Shown here piece by piece: positions 35,562 through 43,589 of a DNA stretch of 64,000 nt; the first letter of the stretch is position 1; each line of letters starts with the position of its first letter. The position numbers were made by a program, and so were the translations under genes. Below the pieces are notes generated by a model that did not search any database, was not told where the DNA came from, and saw nothing but the letters and a program-made list of their open reading frames with translations. Source of the DNA: a virus; the IMG/VR virus record IMGVR_UViG_3300021067_000006, positions 26,838 to 90,837 of that record; one strand, written 5' to 3'.

Positions 35562-36875
35562 CTATGATGCCGCGTCGACCTTTCGGTGCTCGATGATCAA
35601 CACGAGCCCGCGGCCCTCGACGTTGACCAGCCGATAGTGCGTCTCGGTTCCGTTGATCGCAACGTCGAGCCCGTGCGGATCGTCGTCGACCGACGTCGCC
35701 GCGCGCGGCGTCCCGTCGACGTTGGGGTTGCGCGCGTACAGCGCGATCTCGCGACGCTGGCTCGAGTGCACGAGCACGATCTCGTCCTCGGAAACGATAC
35801 GCGGTCGGGACGCAGGCGCGCCGCCCGTACCCGTGCTCGGCTTGTCTGCACTCGGCTGCTGCACGTTCGCCGCGCTCGCCGCGCCGTTCGCTTCCGATGG
35901 CTCTGCCTTGCGCGTGCCGTCGAACGGCGTGCCCGTGCGCGCCGTTCCGAAGCCACCGCGCGAGCTCGGCTGCACGACAGGATCGCGCGTCGCGCCGGGA
36001 TGTTCCTGCTGCACTCGCTGCTCGAGCTCACGACTGCTCAGCACCCCGGCTTTCTCGAGCAGCTTCGCGCGTGCTTCCTCTGGCACTCGCACGAGCACCT
36101 TCAGCTTGGTGATCCCAAACTTCCTGACGTCGGCTTCCTCGAACGCCGTCGCGACCGCCATCACGTCGCGCGCGAGCTGCGGCGACATGTTGAGCTCGGC
36201 TGTGCAGAACGCCGCCCATGACTTGTACAGCGGCTGCCCCTTCGCATCGACGCGAAACTTGTACAGACCACGATCGTAGTTGTCGAACAGGGCACGGCCT
36301 AGCTGCCAGTACGTTCCGACCGCGTCGCCCTGCAGCGTCTTGATGCGCTTGACCGATGCGTCGAGCTCTTTCGCTGCGCCCTTCATCGCCGCCGCGTTCG
36401 ACGTCGCGAGCGGCAGCGCCGGCGCCTTCTCAGTCGCAGCCGGTTTCGATGCAGCAGCGGGCTTCGACACACCTGCCGGCTTCGCCTTCGTCGCAGCAGG
36501 CTTCGCCTTCGTCGCAGCAGGCTTCGCCTTCGACGCAGCAGGCTTCGCCTTCGCTTCATCAGCGGCAGCCTTCACCTGCACACCCGACGCCGCAGGCGAG
36601 TCTGCGGTCGGCGCGGTCTCACCGGTTCCGCAGTACGGACACACCGGCAGCGAGAGCAGCGACGGCCCGCCGCAGCTGCGGCAGTCGCCGAGCTTTTTCT
36701 CGTCCTTTTCCTTCAGGACTATATCGGCATATTCGCGCACACGTTTTTCGACGGAGTCTTTCGCCGTGAACTTGAGGCCGGCCTGCTTCGCGTATTCGTT
36801 GAGGGTCGTGAGATTCACCTTCGCGAGGTCGACACCACGCACCAACTTCGGAACGTTCGCTACTGCTTGAGTCAT
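35562..36875 (-). CDS. Putative DNA-binding protein with Zn ribbon, histone H1-like repeats and DUF3102-like helical core
   Basis: CRSC..CPYC; (KAKPAAT/S)n; YWQLGRAL...SWAAFCTAEL. Confidence 0.7.
   Translation of the reverse strand: MTQAVANVPKLVRGVDLAKVNLTTLNEYAKQAGLKFTAKDSVEKRVREYADIVLKEKDEKKLGDCRSCGGPSLLSLPVCPYCGTGETAPTADSPAASGVQVKAAADEAKAKPAASKAKPAATKAKPAATKAKPAGVSKPAAASKPAATEKAPALPLATSNAAAMKGAAKELDASVKRIKTLQGDAVGTYWQLGRALFDNYDRGLYKFRVDAKGQPLYKSWAAFCTAELNMSPQLARDVMAVATAFEEADVRKFGITKLKVLVRVPEEARAKLLEKAGVLSSRELEQRVQQEHPGATRDPVVQPSSRGGFGTARTGTPFDGTRKAEPSEANGAASAANVQQPSADKPSTGTGGAPASRPRIVSEDEIVLVHSSQRREIALYARNPNVDGTPRAATSVDDDPHGLDVAINGTETHYRLVNVEGRGLVLIIEHRKVDAAS
36478..36553. repeat. Coding tandem repeat, 21-bp unit x about 3.6
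   Basis: GGCTTCGCCTTCG(TC/AC)GCAGCA units encoding KAKPAAT/S. Confidence 0.85.
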
Positions 36876-37519
36876 GAGAGAGGGCTTTCACTGGATTGAG
36901 AGAGGGTAGCTTTGAGCACACGGCGCACTGCGCGCTCAGCGTGCTCGGGTTCGATGTTGAATGCGAGATGCAGCATGCTGTTCCGCCGCACTGTTTCGAC
37001 CGTCTGCCGGAGGTCACCGGTGCGAGCCAGCACGCCGAGCACGTACCGCTGCAAGCTCTCCTGCGCTCGCTCTGCGAGCAACGCAAGCGTCTCGCGACGC
37101 TCGCACTGCTCGTGCATCTCGACCGTCTCGTCGACGTCGGCAGACGCCTTTTCGACGAGACGCTGCTCGGCCGTGCCGTCGATAGCTAAACACGCGAACG
37201 GCAACGGGTAACGGGACTTGCTTTTGCCGTCGCGGCGGAACGCACAGCGCTCGCGATGCAGCCACTTGACCGCCTTGTCACACGCGTTCCAAACGACGAA
37301 ATCTTCGAGCGACCGCCCCCGTTCCGGATCCCAACGCGGCACCCGTCGGTGGACGTCGGCGAGCATCACCTGCACGACATCCTCGATGTCGACCGAAGGC
37401 GGTAGGCGCCAGCGTCGAATCAGCGACGACGCGAGGGAAAACCATTCCTTTCGGGTGATGGCGTAGAAGCGGGCAAAGGTGATGCGCCCGCAGTGATAAG
37501 CGCGCAACTCGTTTTTCAT
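36872..37519 (-). CDS. Phage-encoded sigma-70-family factor (215 aa)
   Basis: IEDVVQ...RWDPERGRSLEDFVVW resembles region 2; helical region-4-like C-terminus. Confidence 0.75.
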   Translation of the reverse strand: MKNELRAYHCGRITFARFYAITRKEWFSLASSLIRRWRLPPSVDIEDVVQVMLADVHRRVPRWDPERGRSLEDFVVWNACDKAVKWLHRERCAFRRDGKSKSRYPLPFACLAIDGTAEQRLVEKASADVDETVEMHEQCERRETLALLAERAQESLQRYVLGVLARTGDLRQTVETVRRNSMLHLAFNIEPEHAERAVRRVLKATLSQSSESPLS

Positions 37520-37537
37520 GACGGCGACTTCCGTGCG

Positions 37538-37597
37538 AAAGTGAGGCGCTGCGGCTCGCCAACCCTCGAGAGGGGAGGGAAGGCGAGCCGCAGCGCC
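37538..37597 (-). terminator. Strong hairpin (16-bp IR) with weak U-tract upstream of the sigma gene
   Basis: 37545-37560 / 37582-37597 perfect IR, then TCACTTTC on minus strand. Confidence 0.55.
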
Positions 37598-37607
37598 ATC
37601 GGGCCCC

Positions 37608-39176
37608 TCAGATAGTGATCGCCTCGAACGGCAGAGCGCGGCGCTTCTGGTCGAGCAACAGGCGACCGGCAGCAGCCTGCACCTCATCCTCGAGCCACGG
37701 GTCCGTGTTGACCTCGTGAGCCCAGCGCGTGAAAGCGTTGACGACCGCGGCGCGGGTCACGCCGCGCGCGGGGTCGGGGCGCCCGTCAACGAGCGAGCTG
37801 CGCGTCGCGCTGCTCACGTCGCGGTCGTACATCGACAGCAGCTGTCGCACGACCTCGGGGCGCTTGCCTCGCACCGGCACGAGCTCGCGCTCGATGCAGC
37901 CGTTGAACGCAGCCGCGAGCACCTCGCGCGCCGGCCGGGACATCAGCTCTTCGTCGGCGGCGCTGAGCACGTTCTCGTGCGTGGCCAGGTTCCAGGCCCG
38001 CACGAAGTGATCGATCTTGCCGAGCGCCGCAGCGAACTCATCGTCGAACCGTTCGGCGAGCGCCTCGACGCTGCCGACGTGACGGATGCGAGCGACCTCC
38101 TGCGAGGCCTCATCGAGGATGATGAGGTTTAGGCAGAGGTTCTGCCAAACAACCGCGCTCACGACGATCGAGCCCGAGCCATCGTCGCGCGTGCGCACCG
38201 TGACGCCCGCTTTAAAAAACTCGCCGGCGACGTAGTTCTCGGGCTGCACGTCGCTGTGAAACAGCGCCTCGATGCGCGTGCGCACGCCGTCGTACACGAC
38301 CCCGCCGCGCGCGCCGTCGGCGTAGCCGAGCGTGTTGAGCGAGCGCCGTACCGCCGCAGCGACGCGATCCGAGTCGAACGTCGCGTACTTCGGACCAACG
38401 ACGCCGAACACCTCGGGCTTGTCCTCGGGCCCGCGCAGGCGCAGCTTCGCGTCGCCCCGCTGAGCCTGTGCACCATCGTCGCCCGCGAGCCAGTGGTTGA
38501 CGTTCGTCGCGCGCAGCCGCGGCGTGCAGCGCTCGAGGTACTCACGGCCTCCGATGCCCGAGCGCGTCAGCAGACCGCCGAACCCGACCACCGAAGGGAA
38601 CCCGACGAGCCGGTGCACGTCACCCTCGGTGCGAACGAACGCGCCATCGCTGCGCATGCGCAGCTCGCCGAGCGGCATGTCGAGGTCGCGCCGGTTCTCG
38701 TCGACGATGCGCCGCTCGAACGCGACACAGCTGTCGACCGTGCGATCCATGGCCGACCACTCGAGACGCGACGTGCGCGCGTTCTCGACGCCGACATCGA
38801 TCACGCGCGAGCCCCGAGCGTAAACCGTCTGCTTCGGCGCAAAGCCATTCGCTTCCGCTGCCGCCTTGTCAGCGAGAGACCGGGCACGGCCTTCCTCGCT
38901 GATGCCGCCTTCCTGCCGCGACACCCGCGGCACGCGGCCAGCCGGCGGCGCGATGACAATGGGAGCAGTCGAGCCATCGCCAAGCGCGTGCGGCGCCGGC
39001 TGTGCAGCGGGCGCCGGTATGGCGCCGCGCGGTTGCATATCGTTCGAAGCGACCGGGGTCACCTTTGGAACGCCACCACCCGCGAGCTTCACGAGCTCGT
39101 CGCACGTCGCGAACGTCTGCTCGGCCGATACGATCCGCTTCTCATTCCCCAGGGTCACGATGTACTGCTGTTGCAT
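37608..39176 (-). CDS. DUF932-like protein (522 aa)
   Basis: VFGVVGPKY, RDDGSGS, LCLNL, IRHVG, VVNAFT motifs. Confidence 0.7.
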   Translation of the reverse strand: MQQQYIVTLGNEKRIVSAEQTFATCDELVKLAGGGVPKVTPVASNDMQPRGAIPAPAAQPAPHALGDGSTAPIVIAPPAGRVPRVSRQEGGISEEGRARSLADKAAAEANGFAPKQTVYARGSRVIDVGVENARTSRLEWSAMDRTVDSCVAFERRIVDENRRDLDMPLGELRMRSDGAFVRTEGDVHRLVGFPSVVGFGGLLTRSGIGGREYLERCTPRLRATNVNHWLAGDDGAQAQRGDAKLRLRGPEDKPEVFGVVGPKYATFDSDRVAAAVRRSLNTLGYADGARGGVVYDGVRTRIEALFHSDVQPENYVAGEFFKAGVTVRTRDDGSGSIVVSAVVWQNLCLNLIILDEASQEVARIRHVGSVEALAERFDDEFAAALGKIDHFVRAWNLATHENVLSAADEELMSRPAREVLAAAFNGCIERELVPVRGKRPEVVRQLLSMYDRDVSSATRSSLVDGRPDPARGVTRAAVVNAFTRWAHEVNTDPWLEDEVQAAAGRLLLDQKRRALPFEAITI

Positions 39177-39194
39177 CTCTTGCGTCTGCTTTCT

Positions 39195-39253
39195 CCGGCT
39201 CAGCGCCGGGCACCAACAAGAGACACCCTAGAGCATCTTGCGTCGTCGCGCAA
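39195..39253 (-). promoter_or_regulatory. Early promoter cassette P5: TTGCGC-N17-TAGGGT plus one GCTGA-loop hairpin
   Basis: -35 39253-39248, -10 39230-39225, A-tract upstream; hairpin 39195-39209. Confidence 0.75.
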
Positions 39254-39274
39254 CTACTTTTTTTCGGCGGCCCC

Positions 39275-39670
39275 TCAGGCCGCCCGGGAAGGGCGCGGGT
39301 CTTTGAACCCGGCCTCCCGCAGCGCGTCGATCCAACGAGCCACCGAGCTCGGCTGCACGCCGAGGGCCTCTGCGACTTTGTTCTGCTGCCCGAGCTCGGC
39401 GAACAGGGTTACGAGCCGAGCGTGCACGGCCTCCGGCTGGGAATCGATGAGCAGCGAGAACGTCGCGACGCCGGCCTCGATGCGGGGGTCGGTGTAGCCC
39501 TCGGCCCCGAGCCGAGAGATCCACCGCGTCACCGTCGACGGCGCAACGCCGAGCGCACGCGCGACCGCGTGCAGCCCACGCTGCCGCTTGAAGCTCGAGA
39601 CGAGCTTCGCGTGCGCACGCGCGGGGTCGGTCGTAACGAGCGCGCCTAGGGGGTCGTGACGGAATGACAT
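39275..39670 (-). CDS. Tandem double-HTH protein (131 aa)
   Basis: AVARALGVAPSTVTRWISRL and KVAEALGVQPSSVARWIDAL repeats. Confidence 0.8.
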   Translation of the reverse strand: MSFRHDPLGALVTTDPARAHAKLVSSFKRQRGLHAVARALGVAPSTVTRWISRLGAEGYTDPRIEAGVATFSLLIDSQPEAVHARLVTLFAELGQQNKVAEALGVQPSSVARWIDALREAGFKDPRPSRAA

Positions 39671-39683
39671 TGCCGTGTCGCGA

Positions 39684-39833
39684 TTATGCCGCAGACGCCT
39701 CAGCTAGGGTGGAGAAGTAACGCGCGAGCGCGTCGATGTCCTCGATGGCTTCGGCGTGGGTCGACGCGCGAATCTCATCCGCGATCTCATCGACCGTCTT
39801 ACCGGCGCACGCTGCTCTGATGCTGTCGATCAC
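39684..39833 (-). CDS. Small acidic protein (49 aa)
   Basis: GTGA coupling; below ORF-track cutoff. Confidence 0.5.
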   Translation of the reverse strand: MIDSIRAACAGKTVDEIADEIRASTHAEAIEDIDALARYFSTLAEASAA

Positions 39834-40069
39834 TTCTTCCACGGCGTCTCTCTCCGGCGACGTCGCTCAGCACGCAGCGCGTCGACCTGCTCCCAAAGCT
39901 TGACACGAGATAGCACGCGGTAAAGGTGACGACGGCTCACGCACAGATCGTGGGCTGCCGCGCGCACGTTGCCCCCTCGGCGCTCGAGCGCCTGCAGCAG
40001 CAAGGCGCGGCCCTGCTCGATGTCCTCGGACACCACGCGGAACACGTGCGGGCGCTTCGTGTCAGCCAA
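39830..40069 (-). CDS. Fis-type HTH protein (79 aa)
   Basis: ALERRGGNVRAAAHDLCVSRRHLYR. Confidence 0.8.
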   Translation of the reverse strand: MADTKRPHVFRVVSEDIEQGRALLLQALERRGGNVRAAAHDLCVSRRHLYRVLSRVKLWEQVDALRAERRRRRETPWKK

Positions 40070-41018
40070 CGCTCACCAGCCTTGCCAGTTCAGCCGGCTC
40101 GAGCGCATCGCAGTCGACGCCTTCGGGCAACAGCACACGAGCCACGACAGCGTGCCGCGCGAGCACGTCGTGCAACATGGTGAATGCCTTCCGCCCAGCG
40201 TCATCCTGGTCAGTTGCCACGACGACGCGGGCGAACGACGCGAGCTTCGACACCTGACTCGGATGCAGCGACGAGCCCATGAGCGCGGCGATCGCGACGT
40301 CGGGCAGAGCGCGCTCGACGGCGAGCGCGTTGAACGCGCCTTCGGTGACGACCACGGTGCTGCGCTCGCTCGGCCACCACTCCTCACCGAACACCGCCGC
40401 GGGCGAGGGCCGCTCGCGCGCCGCGGGCTCGCGGTACTTCCGTTTCGCGCGAACGATGGCGCGCGCCGTGTACGAGAGCAGCCTGCCGTTCCCATCTCGC
40501 ACGGGAATCACCACGCGCGGGATTCCCTCGAGCTCACCGTCTTCGTACGCCAAACCCTCAGGCGCGAAGCCGAGGCCCCATCTCACGACCTGCGAAGCCG
40601 TGAGCTTCCGAACGTCGAGCACGTAGCTGCGCGCGTCGTCAGGCCATGCGTCGAGCGTGGCGAACTCCACGACGTCCGGCATCACCAGCCCGGCGAACCG
40701 CTCGCGCAGCTCGAGCTCGACCGCGTGCGGCACAGGGCGCGCCGTGGGCGGCATCTCTTTGAGCCAGTCGATCGCTTCCTTCGGGGTGATGTCGAGCACG
40801 ATCGCAACGAGCTTCATCGGCCCGCCGTGAAAGCCGCACGAGAGGCACGAATGGCAAGCGTGGTACGGATGGCCCGGCTCATCGCGGATGAACCACGGTG
40901 TGCCTGAGCGCGTGATGTGATCGGGGTTCGGACACGATGCCTCGAACTTCCGAGCGCCAACACGCTTCGCTCGAATCTGCAGGCGCTCGAGTAGCAGCTC
41001 GACGTCGACGCGGAACAT
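40062..41018 (-). CDS. DnaG-type primase (Zn-binding + TOPRIM)
   Basis: CPNPDH..CLSC; TEGAFN; DQDDAG. Confidence 0.88.
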   Translation of the reverse strand: MFRVDVELLLERLQIRAKRVGARKFEASCPNPDHITRSGTPWFIRDEPGHPYHACHSCLSCGFHGGPMKLVAIVLDITPKEAIDWLKEMPPTARPVPHAVELELRERFAGLVMPDVVEFATLDAWPDDARSYVLDVRKLTASQVVRWGLGFAPEGLAYEDGELEGIPRVVIPVRDGNGRLLSYTARAIVRAKRKYREPAARERPSPAAVFGEEWWPSERSTVVVTEGAFNALAVERALPDVAIAALMGSSLHPSQVSKLASFARVVVATDQDDAGRKAFTMLHDVLARHAVVARVLLPEGVDCDALEPAELARLVSVG

Positions 41019-41032
41019 CACCGTGATGATGC

Positions 41033-42559
41033 TCAGCCACGGCCCGCGAACGATCGTCGCTTGCCGTTCGAGCGCGGCGGTTGCACGTCGCCACCGAGGA
41101 ACGAGTCCATCTCGCTGAGCTCGCCGGGGCGCGCGACGTCGATCGTCCTACCGTTCTCGAACGTCGCAAACTCCGGGTCCCAGTCGAACTCCACGCACTG
41201 CGGCGCGACACCGAAACGTTGCTTGAGGATCAGGATCTCGGCCTTGTCGTCCGGCACCGAGCGGTAGAGGAACGGACGGTAGATGCCGAGCATCGCGTCG
41301 GCGATGTCGACCCAAGCGCTATTCCCCTTCACCGCCTCGAGCGTCGGCCTCTTGTCCTCGCGCGTCTCGACGTCTTTGAGCCTGAGCTGCTGCACGAGCA
41401 CGAGATGCGCACGCGTCTCCTGCCCGATCGCCTGAATGCGGTAGAGCGCCGATTCTTCCTGGTCGGGCTGCGTCTCCACGAGCGAACGGCGAAACAGATC
41501 GAGCACGGCCACGTCGCAGCCGCTGCCCGCGATGTGCCCCTCGATGAGGTCGAGGTGCCGGTCGTTCATCCGCCCGCGCTCCCAGCGCTCCTCGCTGCGC
41601 ACGCGCCCGAAGGGCAGCTCGAAAAAGCGGATCATCGCCCCGAGCTCTTCCATTCGCTCGAGCAAGATGTCCTGCTCCTCAGCGTCGAACTCGCCTACCA
41701 TCATGTCGGTGCGCGACCATCCGAGATCCATCGTTGCAAGCAGCTCGAGCGACGGCCCGGGCATCTGCTCCCACGCGCCCCACAGCACCTTCCGCCCACT
41801 GCGAACCCAGTGCAGCACCTTGCGCGCCGTGCTCGTCGTCTTACCCGAGCGCGACACGCCGACGACGACCGTCACTTTCCCAGGCGACGCGCCCGGTATC
41901 ATCCGCGGTTCTCCCTCGAGGCACTTTCGATAGGTCTTGCCGTGTTCGTCTTTGCGTTCGGCGAAGTCATGCGGCCCGTAGAAGTCGAGCCCGTCGAGCC
42001 CGTAGGTAAACGTCGCGTGCCCCGTACGCCGGCGCGTGAGCTCGACCGCGTGCTCGCGCACAACCGCGCCCGAGTCGCGCAAGTAACGCAGATCGCCAAG
42101 CCCCTCGAACGGCACTGCGACCTGCTTGGCGAGCGCGCGCACGCGGTCAGGTTCTGCAGTCGGATCGCGAATGGCTTCGACGAACGAAGCTAGCGGACCT
42201 TTCGCGCATTCGATGCGCGCGCGATCCCAGCGCACCGACTCGACGTGCTGTTTCAGATTCGCGGCTGAGCTCGGCTGCGACGTGCGTGCGTACTCTTCGA
42301 GCACACGAACGTCGACGCGCTCGCCTGCGATCGACTGCACCGTAGCCGCGTCCGGCGTGAGCCCGCGCCGATCGATCTCCTGCAGCGCGCGCCACATCTC
42401 CTCATGGCCAGCGGCGAAGAACGACTCGGCGGGGAGCGCGCGCAGATAGCGCTTGCGCGCTGACTCGTCGGTGTACACGGCCGCGATGACCGCGACCTCG
42501 TTCACGGAGTCGGCAACGATCTTCGCGACCTCGCGCTTCGACTCGGTGCGCTTTTTCAT
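41033..42559 (-). CDS. DnaB-like replicative helicase
   Basis: GVSRSGKTT, EQM, VLD, QQL, DIADAMLGIYR, KQRFG. Confidence 0.9.
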   Translation of the reverse strand: MKKRTESKREVAKIVADSVNEVAVIAAVYTDESARKRYLRALPAESFFAAGHEEMWRALQEIDRRGLTPDAATVQSIAGERVDVRVLEEYARTSQPSSAANLKQHVESVRWDRARIECAKGPLASFVEAIRDPTAEPDRVRALAKQVAVPFEGLGDLRYLRDSGAVVREHAVELTRRRTGHATFTYGLDGLDFYGPHDFAERKDEHGKTYRKCLEGEPRMIPGASPGKVTVVVGVSRSGKTTSTARKVLHWVRSGRKVLWGAWEQMPGPSLELLATMDLGWSRTDMMVGEFDAEEQDILLERMEELGAMIRFFELPFGRVRSEERWERGRMNDRHLDLIEGHIAGSGCDVAVLDLFRRSLVETQPDQEESALYRIQAIGQETRAHLVLVQQLRLKDVETREDKRPTLEAVKGNSAWVDIADAMLGIYRPFLYRSVPDDKAEILILKQRFGVAPQCVEFDWDPEFATFENGRTIDVARPGELSEMDSFLGGDVQPPRSNGKRRSFAGRG

Positions 42560-42576
42560 CGCCCGCCGATGATGCG

Positions 42577-43113
42577 TCAGCGCCTGCGCGCGCTTGCCGT
42601 GCGGTAATCAACGAGCAGCGATCGGTGCGCGAACTGCAGACGCCAGCCGAGTCGACGCCCGTCGGTCTTTCCCTCGGCGCGGCGCACGCGCTCGGCCTTG
42701 TTCTCTCGCGCCCAGCACCACTGCACGAAGTGCACGGCCGCGACCACGGCGTCGCCGAACTCTTTCCGCAAGAGCGCGCGTGCGCTCGACGTCGCAGCGA
42801 GAAACTCTTTCTCGAGCTCTTGAGCGTCGACGCCGTACACGTGCCGATGCGACAGCGCATAGAGCCCGACAAGCGTGCGCGCGTCAGCACCATCCCACGC
42901 GCGCTCCCCCTCGTGACGTCGCGCGATGCGCGCCTCGGCGTCGGCGATGTGCCGCGCGAGAGACTTGCGCAGATCGCTTGCTCCTCGGCGTCGCTTCAGA
43001 TTCCTCGGCTTCACGCTGTCGGCCGCTTCCTCGAACGACATCTCGCGCGACGCTGGCGTGTTCGACTCGCGCATGAGCGCGCGCAACTTGTCTGCCGTCA
43101 TCGGTCGACGCAT
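42577..43113 (-). CDS. Hypothetical protein (178 aa)
   Basis: TGATG coupling. Confidence 0.65.
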   Translation of the reverse strand: MRRPMTADKLRALMRESNTPASREMSFEEAADSVKPRNLKRRRGASDLRKSLARHIADAEARIARRHEGERAWDGADARTLVGLYALSHRHVYGVDAQELEKEFLAATSSARALLRKEFGDAVVAAVHFVQWCWARENKAERVRRAEGKTDGRRLGWRLQFAHRSLLVDYRTASARRR

Positions 43114-43589
43114 CAGCTCGCCTTCGGATCTTCGCAGCACTCGAGATGGTTGAAAAACTGAACGCGGCGTAGCTCGAACTCCGCTTCGAACATCGTCGCC
43201 GCAACCGTGCGAGCTCGCACGTACGCGTCGCGCGCGCTCTCACCCGTGCCTACCGTGATCGCAACGGAGATAGGACCGACCTCGAACCCGTTATGCTTCA
43301 CCGGCCAGAACACCTCTTTGCCGATCGTCACGGTGATCGTCGCGCCCGCGCCGAGCTCGGTGCTCTCGATTCGTTCGAGATGCTTGTCCGCGCTGATGCC
43401 CTTCGACATCTTCGCGCTCTTGACGCCGGCCTCCGCCGGCGCTGCCGACGTCGGCGCGTTCTGCGGTTTGGAATCGCACGATTCCAAACCGGCGCTGCGA
43501 TCAGCGGCGCCAGCCTGCGAAGAGCCCGTCGCCGTCGTCGCCTGCGTCGTCGTCCTCGGCCCGCCTACTTCGCTTCGTTTCCTGACCAT
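43113..43589 (-). CDS. Hypothetical protein (158 aa)
   Basis: Globular C-terminal half; overlaps helicase 3' end. Confidence 0.65.
   Translation of the reverse strand: MVRKRSEVGGPRTTTQATTATGSSQAGAADRSAGLESCDSKPQNAPTSAAPAEAGVKSAKMSKGISADKHLERIESTELGAGATITVTIGKEVFWPVKHNGFEVGPISVAITVGTGESARDAYVRARTVAATMFEAEFELRRVQFFNHLECCEDPKAS
43467..43488. promoter_or_regulatory. 22-bp palindrome copy 6 (TTTGGAATCGCACGATTCCAAA)
   Basis: Near-perfect dyad, intragenic. Confidence 0.8.

Noticed and set aside
34410-39072. Half-sites TTTGGAA/TTCCAAA near 34411, 37287 and 39064
   Set aside because: Second arm absent; not counted as family members
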